DNA from: Octopus vulgaris
Lineage: Eukaryota
Reading direction: 5' to 3'
Length of the DNA: 64,000 nt
Assembly: GCA_951406725.2 (NCBI GenBank)
Contig: OX597816.1
Span: 20,150,001-20,214,000, forward strand
Shown piece by piece: positions 13,663 to 27,725 of the stretch. Both the position numbers and the translations under genes were made by a program. The stretch's first letter is position 1. Each line of letters opens with the position of its first letter. The notes beneath the pieces were generated by a model. The model had not been told where the DNA came from. It ran no database searches and saw only the letters and a list, made by a program, of their open reading frames with translations.

Positions 13663-14296
13663 CTATATATATATATATATATAAACACATAGGCACTCAA
13701 AAACTATATATGTACATGCTCTTATTTGTGCACACATACATAAGTACACAATACGATATTATTAAAATAACTAATTAGCATAATTAAAGTTTCATCACAG
13801 TGATTAAATGAATTTGGAAAGTTTGTGTCATTTTAGCCCCTACGTTTGATTTGTGTCCGAGTATTTAAACTTGAGACTGCTAAATGGAATTTTGAAAGCA
13901 ATACAAAATACTCTCAAAATTACATATCCAAATTCATCTATTTCTGGTTGACTGTCATATTTTGAAAAATAGAAATATTATTATTTCTAAGTCTCTCTAA
14001 AAGAGACTCTGGCAGTGGTACTGGATATTAACAGTTATCGCCAAGCTAATATGGCAGTCCATAAATATAGGAATAGATTTTAAAGCTCCAGCCTAGAATT
14101 TTCTTTAGAAAAAAAGAGAGCCAAGTACAGAACAGGAAAAGCTGTTATTATAGAATTTCGGAATCTGGAGTCTTTTGCAAGGTCCATCAAGTGTGTGGTA
14201 AAAAGGTTTTAGCAATGGTTTGAGTATTTCGGTCAATTTGTTCGACAAAAGGTGGTGCCTCCAGCATAGCCACAGTCAAATGACTGAAACAAGTAA

Positions 14297-14340
<44 letters not shown>

Positions 14341-14583
14341 TTAGTAAATCGAAAAAAGCAAACGAACGCCAAACACGAAAAAACAACAACGCAAGCACGT
14401 GGAAAGAATGGTGGTTTTACACACTAAAGCATGCATGTATATACAATGTGTTAATGTGTGTTTATCTGTGTGAGAGATGGTAAGTTGAAGAAGTATAGTG
14501 ACAAAAGGAAAACTTTTATATGTTTACATGCGCATACCTATATGTATGCATTATACTTGGATGTGTGACTATAAAAGAGAAAT

Positions 14584-14679
<96 letters not shown>

Positions 14680-15474
14680 ATATGTGCGGTAGAGAGAAAG
14701 AGAGAAGGATAGGCAAGCAGACAGAGTGGCAGTTAGTTTAAATAGATATACTGGTAGAGACATGCCGAGTAGTAATTGTGAAATATAGATGGTGGAAATA
14801 TATAGAGATGAATAGACACCTTGACAGATATGTATTGAATACCAAGTACCATTGAACATTTGCTAAAGAACCTTTGATAACAAAAGCGTTGAACTGATCA
14901 TCTCAGTACGTATTCTTTCCCAATTCTACCGCTATTCAATAAGAGCCCGAGGCTAACCTAATGTATTGAAATATCGACAATAGTCAACGTATATCTGACC
15001 ATATCAGCTCTCACATTTTCAATTTTAGAAGTTTTGTCACTAATCCAGATATCCTAGTGTTCGTTGTATTTTTTTTTTTTCTGTTCCTATTTAAAAAAAA
15101 TATTAATACAATTTCTAAATACGATAATGAACTGTTAGGTGAAAATGGCTTTGTATTTAGATATGCGTCAGTTTTTTTTGTTTTTTTTTTTATAAAACTG
15201 CGTATTGTTGCAGTTGCTAGGAGTAGATAGATGTTATCTATCAGAGACTCACTTTTAACATATTCAAACGATTATCATAATTTACATACGAAGTTGAGAA
15301 TAGAAATAGTATGTGAAAGATAACTTCTTTCTAAACTCTTTCAACTGCCTAATCCAAGTTCACTACCTATATAGTTAACATTGTTATGCAAGAACCGTTT
15401 ATAATTTTCTCCAAATCAATAAATATTAGTATCTTACATAGAGATAAAAAATATAGAAATCATTTCATATTTAC

Positions 15475-15558
<84 letters not shown>

Positions 15559-15574
15559 ATTTCTATTAATATAT

Positions 15575-15861
15575 AATCATAATTAGCTAGTAAATGGTGA
15601 TTTTTTTTAATGAGTTGAATTAAAAGAAAATGTTAAACATAATATTTACTAACTGTGGAAAAATAAACTCTATTATTTTAGCGCATATATCAGGAGTTAA
15701 TAAGATATATTAAAAAGTAAATCATAATTAGCTAGTAAATGGTGATTTTTTAATGAGCTGCATTAAAATAAAATGTTAGACATAATATTTAATAACTGTG
15801 TAAAAAGACTTTATTAATTTAGCAACATATATCAGGAGTCAAAAAGATATATTAAAAAGTA
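15575..15861 (+). repeat. Diverged tandem duplication, about 144 bp x2
   Basis: AATCATAATTAGCTAGTAAATGGTGATTTTT...AAGATATATTAAAAAGTA occurs twice head to tail. Confidence 0.9.
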
Positions 15862-16023
15862 ATGAAAGGGAGGTAATCGAGATGAACCAAGTAATTTCCC
15901 TAGATATAGAGAATTATTTTCCATCCAATATAGGAGAGTATAAAAAACATTTTAATTTCATTATATTCAGATTTATATATATAATGAAATTTTTTATATA
16001 TGCATATATATATGTATATAAAT

Positions 16024-16065
<42 letters not shown>

Positions 16066-16071
16066 CATACA

Positions 16072-16256
16072 CGTCATGATAGATAGTTACCCACTACACA
16101 CATTTTTTTTCTCTCCTTGTTTTCTGTGTCCATTTCTGTTGAAGAGCGTAGGCTCGAAACGTAAAAGACTTTTTCTATTCCTGAGCGTTAAATTAATACA
16201 TCTGTTTGTTTTGTACACCACCTGTCTTCGTCTTTTGTTTTTTTCGTAAATTCTCC

Positions 16257-16259
<3 letters not shown>
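16072..16259 (+). mobile_element. Penelope-like terminal fragment (family H2) with hammerhead motif at 16128-16169
   Basis: UUU CUGUUGA A GAGC GUAG GCUC GAAAC GUA AAAG; between (TA)n tracts; paralog at 50333-50545. Confidence 0.7.
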
Positions 16260-16322
<63 letters not shown>

Positions 16323-16647
16323 TTAAGAATGAAATCGACCTCTGTGTCTATATATTTACCCTCTTTAAAATGTTGGCAAATGAAATAGAGATAACAACGG
16401 GCATTGTCCGTTTGAGTGGAAAATTCTATAAGTGGCTGAAGATTGCTCGACATTTTAAAACTGATGTAATACTTACAGTGTTTAATAAAATGAAGTAGCA
16501 TGAAACACTTGTACTACTCTACCTCGGCTATACTTGTTGCTTATTTTCATTATAATCACTCCATTTGATTTATATGGATTATACCATACAAAATTCTGGT
16601 GCCTTTGACTTAAGTACTATATTCATCTGAATCTAAATTTTGCTGAT

Positions 16648-16702
<55 letters not shown>

Positions 16703-16883
16703 GTGTCTGTGTTTGTCCTCCCACCATCGCTTCACGACCGATGTACATGTGATTACGTTCCCGGAACTCAGTGGTTTAGCAAATGTGACTCATAGAGAAA
16801 GCACTAGGCTTACAAAGAATAGGTCTTGGGGTCGATTTCTTATATATGTATGCATAAGAAGTTTGAAAAAGGAAAATGCACGC

Positions 16884-17144
16884 ACTTTACATAGTTTTAA
16901 TACAATTTTTAATAACTCATATATTGTGTTTGTCGACCGGTTTCGCTTTCGCTAATCATGACATTAGAATTTATTTACATACATATTTTCTTAAAATATT
17001 TTTTTTTTCTAGCCATGTTGCGAGTGGAGTTTATGAATGAATACGTATTTAAATAAATTTTAATGACATGAATAGCGAAAACGAAACCGGTCGACAAACA
17101 CAATATAAGAGTTATTACAAATTATATTAAAACTATATAAAAGT
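16884..17144. repeat. Fold-back inverted repeat (about 105-bp arms) with a hammerhead motif in each arm
   Basis: Arms 16884-16988 and 17040-17144; motifs at 16931-16963 (-) and 17064-17096 (+). Confidence 0.85.
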
Positions 17145-17532
17145 TCTGCTGGAAGTGGAATGCCTGAAATTTTGTGGGGGAGACCTATGTGCGCAAGCGG
17201 TACTTATATTATTGACCTCGAAAAGATGAAAGGCAATGTCAAACTTGGTGGAATTTGAACTCAAAATATAAAGACGGATGAAATACCGCTAAATTTCTCA
17301 GGCGTGCTAAAGATTCTCCTTTATTAATGCATTGTATTATAGGAACAATTTTGTTGGAGGAACAAGTGGATTACATCAACTCCTGTGCTCATCTTGTACT
17401 AATTCTTTCGACACCGAAATGATGAATGGCAAAATCGACGTCAGTGGAATTTGAACTCAGAACGTAAAGTCAAGCCAAATGCCGCTAAGCCTTATTTCTA
17501 ACTCGCTAATGATCCTCCCAGCTCGATGCCTT
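17145..17532 (-). mobile_element. Two degenerate family-A SINEs
   Basis: GATGAAAGGCAA...GGAATTTGAACTCA motif occurs twice. Confidence 0.75.
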
Positions 17533-17699
17533 GATTTTATGGTATTCATTAGTGTAAAATATATGTGATGTAGGAAAAGTTTATGTTAGACATTCTTCAA
17601 AATTTGAAGTATTCTGCATTCTACGTAATCGATGGTGCTTCACTGTATCTTTCACCAGTAAGCATTTTACAGTAACACTTGGATACACCGTGTTCTATT

Positions 17700-18000
17700 G
17701 ATCCAACCGTGTCAGTAATAAATGTTACTCAATCGCTACCACTAAATCGTTCGGGAAATAGTCTGAATTGCTGAACTATACTTCTATACAAGCGCATTCT
17801 AGCGTTGGAGTTATCTCAGATTTTCTTTTTTAATTCGAAATGTTTAACGTCATTAGTTTATGGATTAAGACAAAAGTGCATCACTGCTATTTCCAAAAGG
17901 CAAGATAAATTGTGCAAATTGAAATTTGCGGTTGATGCTGTGACGTACCTTCATGAGTTAAATCTTAGATACCAAGGTGATTTTAAGCTTATGTGAAATA
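17700..18000 (+). pseudogene. Decayed hAT (Charlie/Buster-like) transposase fragment
   Basis: LCKLKFAVDAVTYLHELNLRYQG resembles the LAFLVDIT.HLNELNL.LQG segment of hAT transposases; no TIRs seen. Confidence 0.5.
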
Positions 18001-19589
18001 TATATTGTATTTGATGGCATAAAAGATTCAGAGGCATATTACCGCTCAGCAATTTCAGCAGTGCATGCTAAGGTAAAAAGGTTTTAATGCACTATAGCAT
18101 GTAATGTTTAAAGCAGCTTTACATATAGGACACAGAAGGAATTTTCTGTGACGTTTCCTAAGTGAATCCTAGATGCCATCATATCCGATGTATTCTTTAT
18201 TCTGCAGTAAAAGGCGCTCCCCGATGAATCCCTCTCTATTCGGGGAAAAGTAAAATGAGAGTGAATTCTGTATTTTCTTTGAAAAGGGCTCAACGCGTTC
18301 CCTACAAACTGCCAACTGTCTTGCATAACCCCGGCTTAATTCTTTATTCAAGCAACCGAGCAAGACATAAGACATAACACAACATTGCAGATCGTGTGTA
18401 GTTTCTTTAACAGAAGTATTTATTTCAATATCCATCAAGTCAACGAGAATGAAAGGAATTAAGAAAGTATTCGAAAGCCACTTGAATTATTGATATACTG
18501 GACAGCATGTGGTTTTATGAAACTTCAACAAGCGATACACATCGTCGTGGTAGTATAGTGATTGCCAAAACAGAAGAGAACACTAAGTTAGTAAACATTT
18601 AACATTATAAGCATCAAGGATGAGTGGTTAATAATCAATAGAACATACAAGGAGTTACGAGCTACAATAGCTGAGAAATTTTATAGCTTTAGAGTTGACT
18701 TAAGCGTCGAAAATTGACATTTGCGCCGGAGTATTTCCAAGTCACTTTAGAGGGGGAAAAACTGTTCTAATAAATTGTTTGGAAATAGAAAAAAACTTTT
18801 ATTATTTATTTTACTTGTTTCAATTATTAGACTGCTGCAATGCTGTGGCAACACCAGGAGAAAGTTTTAATTCGATGAATCGAGTTCAGTAATTTTTAAA
18901 GCATAGTACATATTCAATCAATGACTTTTGTTGAAGAGCTAAGTTAAATATGGTCACAGAGATCTGCACACATAAATGTATACATAGACAACGGGTTTCT
19001 TTCCGTTTCCATCTACCTATTCCACTGAAAAAGCATAAGCCGACCAGGAGCAACAGTAGGAGACTCTTGCCCAGCTGTAAAAGTCTTCAATCTAATTTTA
19101 AATAAGCAAATGTAAACATATTGTACAATATATATGGCATATATACGTATATCTATCTCTCTATTTATATGTGTGTGTTATTGTGTGTGTATGTGTGAGG
19201 GATTGTGTATGTGATTGTGAGTGATTGTGAGTATGTATATATATGCATATATATGTTCTACATATGCGTATATATACATATATATATACATATGTTCTGG
19301 CGTTTGCAAAATTGTCTTGAGAACATTATTTTCTTAGTGGTAAGAACATAGCGGATCTACTTCTAGTATAATGAATGTCCACGTAGCAGTCATCCCTCTT
19401 ACATCCATATATATATATGTGCATGTATATATATATATATATATATAATTAGTGAATGGAAGAAATGGAGTTGAACGAAGATTGCAACACCATATCTCCA
19501 ACCGTGTTTATTTCTGCTATGATTTTTGCTACCCAGGTATCGGTTAAACTTTTGAATAATCTGTAACAAGAAAATTCATCTTTCCATTT

Positions 19590-19650
<61 letters not shown>

Positions 19651-19815
19651 TAAGTATATATATATATTTATAAGTAACTTATAAAATAAGGGCAAATTTA
19701 TAAATAAATAAATATTTATAAATTTAACCTTTAAAGGTATTTTTTTAATATGCTGGCCATTGATAAAATCTTTTTTCGAAAAAAATTTTATCCTACATTA
19801 GATGTATATTTATAA

Positions 19816-19864
<49 letters not shown>

Positions 19865-20171
19865 CATACATACATGTATATAGTGAGGGCCGACTACGCG
19901 AAAGCCTGTCATATTCGTTTCGTTAGAGTATCTTAAAGCTATAACGTTATAAAAAAAAAAGCAGTAGTACACACATACACATTTCCAATCTGGCCAGCCC
20001 CAAAGAAAAACTCAGCTAAGGGAATTAGATTACTTGCAAATAAGCAGCGAATGTATACAAAACAAGGACGGAAAAAGACGGATAAGGTTACACAAATAAA
20101 AATAAATTAATAACAGGACATAACAACAGGTGTCTTAATTTAAACTAGCGTGTGATATATATATATATATA

Positions 20172-20223
<52 letters not shown>

Positions 20224-20234
20224 TATATACATAA

Positions 20235-20276
<42 letters not shown>

Positions 20277-20794
20277 GGATTACACGATAGTCTATTTGTC
20301 ATATATGTTTCGTTACAGCATCTTAAAGATATAAAGTTATAAAAAAGCAGAAGTAACTTACCACACGTCTTCTAAATTATTATCCGAAACGTCTTGTACG
20401 AATATTTGAAATCTTAACTTTTGAAATATAGCCTTTTAATATTCATAGTGTCATTTTCACGGCATAAATATTGATTTAAATTTAAACAGATTGCCATTGA
20501 ATTTGTGTTTGAATGAGTAGGAATTTGTTTGAAATTCTCATATAATAAGCGATATGGTTGTACCGCTGGTTCATATCAATATTTATACAAAGCTAGTAAT
20601 ACAGAGAATGTATTCACGTGTTGGTATAGGAAAAGCAGAGGCCTTATATAAGCCAGGTGTATAGTTATAACAACAGCCGGAACATTGTTCTAGATTCGAA
20701 CTTAAAAGGTTTTATCCGACTAAAATCCATAATCGTAGCCTCCCATGCGTACGTTACATCTCTGTGCATATGCATGTTATTATATGTATGTATG

Positions 20795-20856
<62 letters not shown>

Positions 20857-21139
20857 GAAAGAGTAAAAATTATCAATTTAATTAATTAATCTATCAATAA
20901 ATTGATAATTTCACCAAGTAGATCGGTACGTTAAAATAACCTTTATAGGTAAAATTATACAAATATTTTATAATTATAAACTTAATTATAATTAGGATTA
21001 AGCTAATTGCCTCACCATATACCGAATCTAGAAATAGGAGTTAAAATTCCTTTTCTACGACTATAAGAATCTCCATGAGAGTAACATACTTTTTTACGAA
21101 GGCAAAGAGAAAAACAATGAATCAACACGACCAGGATTA

Positions 21140-21202
21140 ACTATATACGCGTTTCGAGATTAAGGTGTTTTAAAATTTAATTACTTCTCTCTTCAGTATA
21201 GT
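21140..21202 (-). ncRNA. Intact minimal type-I hammerhead ribozyme motif
   Basis: ACUAUA CUGAAGA GAGA-loop-UCUC GAAA CGCG UA UAUAGU: complete core, 6-bp helix I, palindromic helix III. Confidence 0.85.
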
Positions 21203-21436
21203 ATTTCCAATTATAAAATTTGAAAGTGCTAGGTTTAAATAGACAGCGATCGAGCGACATCATGCAACAGATATCAAATCAAAAGTTAACCCTATACATA
21301 CATACATACATACATACAAACATACATACATACATACATACATACATACATACATACATACATACATACATACACGCAATGCATATCTATACAATTCAAG
21401 TATATATATATGCATTCCATGTATGTATGCATAGGG

Positions 21437-23200
21437 TTAATCTTTTGTATTTATTATAGATTATTTATTATGCAAAAATGCAAATATGTCGATTTTCCCA
21501 ATGACTAAGGCAACCAAAGCTGATACAATTTGATGTACTGTTATTAAGATATGGATTTTTTTAATAATTGTATGTGCTGCACATTGTATAGCTCTTTGCA
21601 GGAATAAACGTTTAACATTTTGTAGTAATCACTGTTATTATTATTATTATCATGCATGGCAGAATCGTTAGCATGGTGGACAAAGTACTTAGTGGTATTA
21701 TTTTACTTATGTATTATGTATATAGGAGCAAAACGTCCTCCCTCCAGTTCGATGGACGGTGCTGAGTTGTCAAACATTTAAACCAAATTTTTCTCAAACC
21801 AACTTGTCCGACCGTCCCATAGACCTCCTCTTTAAGAAACATTGATTTAACCTAAATTTGAGACCCCAGCAAAAGAAGAAATAAAGATAGACTTTTTTTC
21901 TATTCGAAACATGAACGATTTTATTCACTTTATCTATCACATTCTCACCTGGAATCGATTTTTGTAATTTATTCAAGATTTATATACGCCCTGATACCTA
22001 TTTCTTTACTACCCACAAGGGGTTAAACATAGAGGGGACAAACAAGGATAGACAAACGGATTAAGTTGATTATATCGACATCAGTGCGTAACTGGTACTT
22101 ATTTAATCGACCCCGAAAGGATGCAAGGCAAAGTTGACCTCGATGGAATTTGAACTCAGAACGTAGCGATAGAGGAAATACCGTAAGGCATTTTGCCCGG
22201 CATGCTAACGGATCTGCCAGCTCGCCGTCCATAGGCCTCCCCTTTAAGAAACACTGATTTAACCTAAATACCGTCGGTATCTACATATCAAATTTGATCG
22301 CAATCGGATGGAGGATGCCCGAGATCCTAGAAGCCACATACACAGACAGATTTTATAATATAAACGGATTTTATATTTCATATATATATGTGTATGTTTA
22401 TATGTATATACAGATGTGTTTATTTCTGTGCGCATTATTTGTCTGTGCGCATAAATATATACAAATATGTGTGCGTTTTCCGAACGCACTCATACAAACA
22501 TATGCATTTATTGGTGGATATATGTGATTATATATATTCGTATTTACATAGCAAGATAACAGAGATATCAATTATCCATCCTCTTCCAGCTTTACATGAT
22601 TATATTGCATTCAACGCTAAGGATTACGGCGAACATTAGACGGTGGTGAAGCTCTACGCGCACCGTCATTCACACACCTGCGAACATTGTCTTGCGATGT
22701 TTGTGCATATGTTTGTACGCGTATGCTAATTCCTGATATGGATTCAATTTATATTATGATCAACATCGAGGTTCCGAGGTCTCTCTGACCTTGCCACGTT
22801 CTCTTAATAGTATTTATTCATCATCTTCAATTCAGATAAAGCCAAAATTCTTCTGCGCCGATGCATGTAATAATTGCCATTATTGGCGAGGCATTCATCG
22901 AAACAAATTAACTAAATTGTTGACCAGGAATATTAGACAGCATAACTATATCCCACATATTGAGGTTCCACTCACATCATCTTAACCAATGACATTATTA
23001 TTCATTTAAATGATTACGTTTGCAAATATTGCTTATAAATCCCCACTAGAATGTCTTGGTTTGCGCTATGGTTTCTATGTGCAACTGCCAAAATGCACAC
23101 ATATACCCATGCATACATATATACATATATACAAGCATACATACATATATATGAATACATATAGATCTATAGATACATATGTAGATCTACATATACATAT

Positions 23201-23286
<86 letters not shown>

Positions 23287-23303
23287 ACATATACATATGT
23301 AGT

Positions 23304-23336
<33 letters not shown>

Positions 23337-24114
23337 ATATATATATACGTATTGCCATACGGAAAGCGCGAAATTACAGTCATGCATTTATTGTTGTAGT
23401 TTGTGGTAGGTCAGTGTTGTTTAATCTAAAGGACAATTATATGACATCACAGCATTACTAGCTGATCTTCCATGGAGATTTCAATTCTATTCGTTATCAG
23501 AATTGTAAACTGCGCATGAAACCTTATTTACATAGCTTCACTGAGACAGCACGTTTTAATGTTCATGAAGAGAAAAACTGAATTGTGAAGAGTGCTTAAA
23601 ATTATCAGCAATGCATACACAATTTAAAGGTTACCAATAGCGTTGTCATGTACAACGGAATCAATTCTTAGTATTAATCGTCTCGAACATATTGTTTTCA
23701 AAAATTATTTGAAATAAAATAACGAATACATTTAAGAATAAAGTAAAAGTCTTAGTAAATTTTAAGTCGAGATTATTGGCTTTTGGTGTTATTTCATGTA
23801 TGTATTTCTCACACATTTACCATTTTACATTAAGATACAACTTAATCTAAGATTAATCTTTTCTATTTATTATGGATTATTTATTATGCAAAAATGCAAA
23901 TATGTCGATTTCCCAATGACTAAGGCAACCACAGCTGATACAAATTGATGTGCTGTTATTAAGAAATGGATTTTTTGAATAATTGTATGTGCTGCACATT
24001 GTATAGCTCCATGCAGGAATTAACTTTTAACATTTTCTAGTAGTCGCTGTTGTTATTATTATTATCGTTCATGGCAGAATTGTTAGCACGGTGGGCAAAG
24101 TACTAAGTGGTATT
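21437..24114 (+). repeat. Local duplication of about 260 bp (21437-21700 and 23853-24114), older third copy at 27227-27350
   Basis: Shared TTATTATGCAAAAATGCAAATATGTCGATTT...GACTAAGGCAACC and a shared SINE-A head start. Confidence 0.85.
21724..22368 (-). mobile_element. Non-autonomous Helitron copy 2, interrupted by a family-A SINE (about 21999-22226)
   Basis: Colinear with 304-661; 5' A|TC end at 22368. Confidence 0.8.
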
Positions 24115-24866
24115 TCGTTTGCCATAACGTTTTGAGTTCAAATTCCGCCGCGGTCGACTTTGCCTTTCATCCTTTCTTGGTCGATACAATTAGTACCAGT
24201 TACGCACTGGGGTCGATGTAAGCTCAAAGGGACCATGAATAAGTGTTGTTTGAGGATGGTGAACGAAAGACCCATCGTTCCCCGAGATGAATTATTCAAA
24301 CTCTAAATAATACCTATCAACACATCGTTATGATGCTCCACCACTGCTCCTTCTCGTGATCAGAGATGCATATATCTTCAGCAACTAAGGGACAAACTCA
24401 ACAATTGAAATGGAAGGCCAAAGAAGGCCATATTAGTTGCTGCAACCCGTAGCATTTGTTCGTCAACATCGCAAAAAATGTAAATTTGAAACATATTAAT
24501 GTTTTCTAATGTAACTTGTCAATAGTGTTTGTGTAGCCCAAGACAAAGCGTGTACATGTTAAGACTTCTAATCAGTTAAGATCAGAGGCCATGAGTGCCA
24601 GTGCCTGGTATTACATCAGGTTTTATTATTATTATTATTGGCAAATTGGCAGAATCGTTAGCAAGCTAAAGAAATGCTTAGCGGGATTTCGCCTGTTGCT
24701 ATGTTCTGAGTTCAAATTCCGCCGTGGTGGACGTTGCCTTTCATCATTTCGGGGGTCAATAATGTTTCCAAGAACCCATCATCAGACGGGTAGTCATGAT
24801 GGGTAAACTGGGCTTCGTATATTTTACCCCAGCGTCACTTTGATGGCATGCACTGCTCTCTCACTC

Positions 24867-24867
<1 letters not shown>
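24071..24867. mobile_element. Cluster: SINE A (24071-24220, 24647-24760) and pieces of the TAA-flanked repeat (24222-24620 +, 24771-24867 -)
   Basis: Matches 44225-44459 and 61711-62257. Confidence 0.75.
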
Positions 24868-24901
<34 letters not shown>

Positions 24902-24984
24902 TAATAATAATAATAATAACAACAACAACAAGAACAACAACATCAACAATAACATGAACTACAACAACAATAATAATAATAATT

Positions 24985-25056
24985 TTATGTACAAAATAGC
25001 CCGGCTATGGAAAATGAAGGTGAAAATAATGCCAAATATTGTTGGGTCCGTGGGAT
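24985..25056 (+). pseudogene. Short R4/Dong-like LINE RLE fragment following an (AAT)n/(AAC)n tract
   Basis: IARLWKMKVKIMPNIVGSVG parallels VTRMWNLKSETIPIIVGALG in the 62418 ORF. Confidence 0.55.
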
Positions 25057-25982
25057 TTTTATTGACCCCCGATATACTGGAACTTAATAAGTTCCAGTAA
25101 ATCACTGGGATCGATGTAATCGACCAATTCCCTCCCACCCGGTTTCAGGCTTTGTGCAAGTCTGAAAGAAGGCGTTAGTGTGTTGAAAAATGGATTTTTG
25201 CACGTTTCTATATTAGCGAGAATATTTTTCTCGCTTCTAGATGGCATTGAAATTGCTTTTAGTAGTTAAAATATTTAAAATAAAATAACACAAATTTTGT
25301 TTAAACATCATATATAAAAGAAGACGTAATTAACTGTTTATCAGGCCTGGCCTATTCTAGCAGTTTACTTTCACTTATCGACATAAGCTGAATATATTGT
25401 GTTTACCATAGATTCCTGCAGTGACCATGTCCTTACTATTTCCCTTAATAGTATTTACACCTGTTTTCCAATTGATACAGAGTCATCTGTTTGGTGAAAT
25501 GATGCATTTCAAAACGGATATGACTGACGAAGCAGCATATATCGAAGCAAATTAAGTAAACTGTTGACAAGCTGCATTAGTATAGATTACTGTAATACAA
25601 ATATTACATTTCCTGCGTGCGATGTTGACTAACAGATGATATTAATAATATTCGTTCACGTGATTCCATTTGCAAATACCAAGGTTAGCAACAAATCAGA
25701 AAAACTTAGACTAGGCTTTTACATGCATATGTATATGTGTATATGTATGTGGGTGTGATTCCTCAGCGGAGTTTATCCATCAATCTATCTAGAAAAAAAA
25801 CAGCCAACCACTGAAGGGTCGTTTCATTTTTTTTTTGTTACTTGTCTTGTTTTCCATTTGTTTCTTTCGTTGTTCACAATAAAAATTTCGTATTCCATGT
25901 TTTCGTATTTCGTATTTCATGTTATTTTCGTATTTCATGTCGTTTACGTTCTGTGGTGTTCTGTGCCCATATATGCATGTTT

Positions 25983-26016
<34 letters not shown>

Positions 26017-26017
26017 G

Positions 26018-26168
26018 TGATGGCGTTAGGAAGGGCATCCAGCTGTAGAAACATTGCCAGATTAGAATGGAGCCTGGTGCAGCCTTCTGGCGTCCCAGAA
26101 CCCCGGTCGAACCGTCCAACCCATGCTAGCATGGAGAACGGACGTTAAACGATGATGATGATGATGAT
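26018..26168 (+). mobile_element. 3' end of a SINE/LINE with (GAT)n tail
   Basis: AACCCATGCTAGCATGGAGAACGGACGTTAAAC(GAT)n; older paralog at 49985-50100. Confidence 0.7.
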
Positions 26169-27670
26169 TATATATGTATGTAAGCATATATATTTATTAT
26201 TTATACTAGTATATATATATATACATTTATTTCATGTTCTTTACATGCACATGTATATGTGTATATATATGTGGGTGTGATTCCTCAGCGACAAGCACCC
26301 TTCTTTAAATGCCCTACCTCATACAGCAGAAACAGTTGTAAATTAATGAATGTGATGATGTGGCCCCTTTATTTTTGTCAGGCATTAATTGATATTACAC
26401 TCTGTACTTACCCTAAGTTTTAATATAAAGTATACATATATTAATAGTTATCGCCAAGCTAACATGGCAGTCCAGAAAAAATAAGACGAATGCTGCCGTT
26501 GATTAGCTCAAAGAGGCCATCGCCTCTAGCTAGCTATGGGACACACGAACCTGTGTGCATTATAAACTTCGAACAGGGGAGGTCAGCCACTTCCCCTAGC
26601 TGGTCTGGCATCTACAGACTAGGTTCAGGGTCTTTGTCCTTTATCAATATATACACCCAAGTCTGTTCCCTATTTTTAGGAAGGGGTATCCACAAGACAC
26701 ACACCAGGCATTCCATTCATTTCCCAACTCAAAGAGGGGAGCCCGTTCTATACTCGGATCAATGCATAGAACGCAACCCCCAATATCAGCAACGGGGCCC
26801 GACCGCATATGCTGGCTCACCACTGCCGCATTATGCTGGTTCCATACACCTTTGAGCAACATCAATTCACTCATGCATCCACAAATACTCTCCATTCTTT
26901 CCTATCATTTATAAACTCTTTTTCTTCTCTCACTCCAGTAGCACTAACTACCAAAGCTTTCTTCATAGCAAAGTTTATCATTCATTCCCCGCCTTATTCA
27001 TCTGGATAAATTCGTGCTTTTCATAGGCAAGATCATATATTTTTCATGAATTATTTGTAACAACACCGAAAATACTTAAAGGAAAATAAATGAATTTAAG
27101 AGGCTTACTACGGAAAATTATCTACTTGTGTTATTTTTATTCCGTATGTAAATTTCTCAGAGGTTGTTCTTCGTGGTGAAACAACTCTGTGTTGAAAATA
27201 GATGCTTAGTAAAAGACAAAAAGATATTAATCTTTCGTACTTACCATGGATTATTTGTTATATAATAAATGTAAATCTATAGTTATTCCGATAACTGCAG
27301 AAACTAAAGCTAACATACTTGGCATGTTATTGATGAAAAATTGATTTTACAAGATAGCAGCGTCTACTTTATCAAGAAATTGTAACTAACAATACTCTCT
27401 AGATATTTTGGTTTTATTTAAGAATGGAATCCACAGTTTATCTTCAGGATTATAATCAAGTTAATTGAGAAGTATATCTGGACACACGTTGGTCAGTAAA
27501 AAGTCATATTTCTTCTCAACTCTGGTTCAATACGTAAATTTATTTCATAGAAAATCATTAGAAATTCATAAAAGACTTTTTTTACCTGTTTCAAATCTAT
27601 CTTTCCTCATTTGTGTGCGCGCATGTGTGTATGTGTGTGTGCATGTGTGTGTGCGTGTGTATACATACAT

Positions 27671-27725
<55 letters not shown>

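Noticed and set aside
14025-26475. Shared 40-mer ATATTAA.AGTTATCGCCAAGCTAA.ATGGCAGTCCA at about 14025 and 26438 as an LTR end plus PBS
   Set aside because: I cannot match TGGCAGTCC to a tRNA or define an LTR; left as an unclassified repeat.
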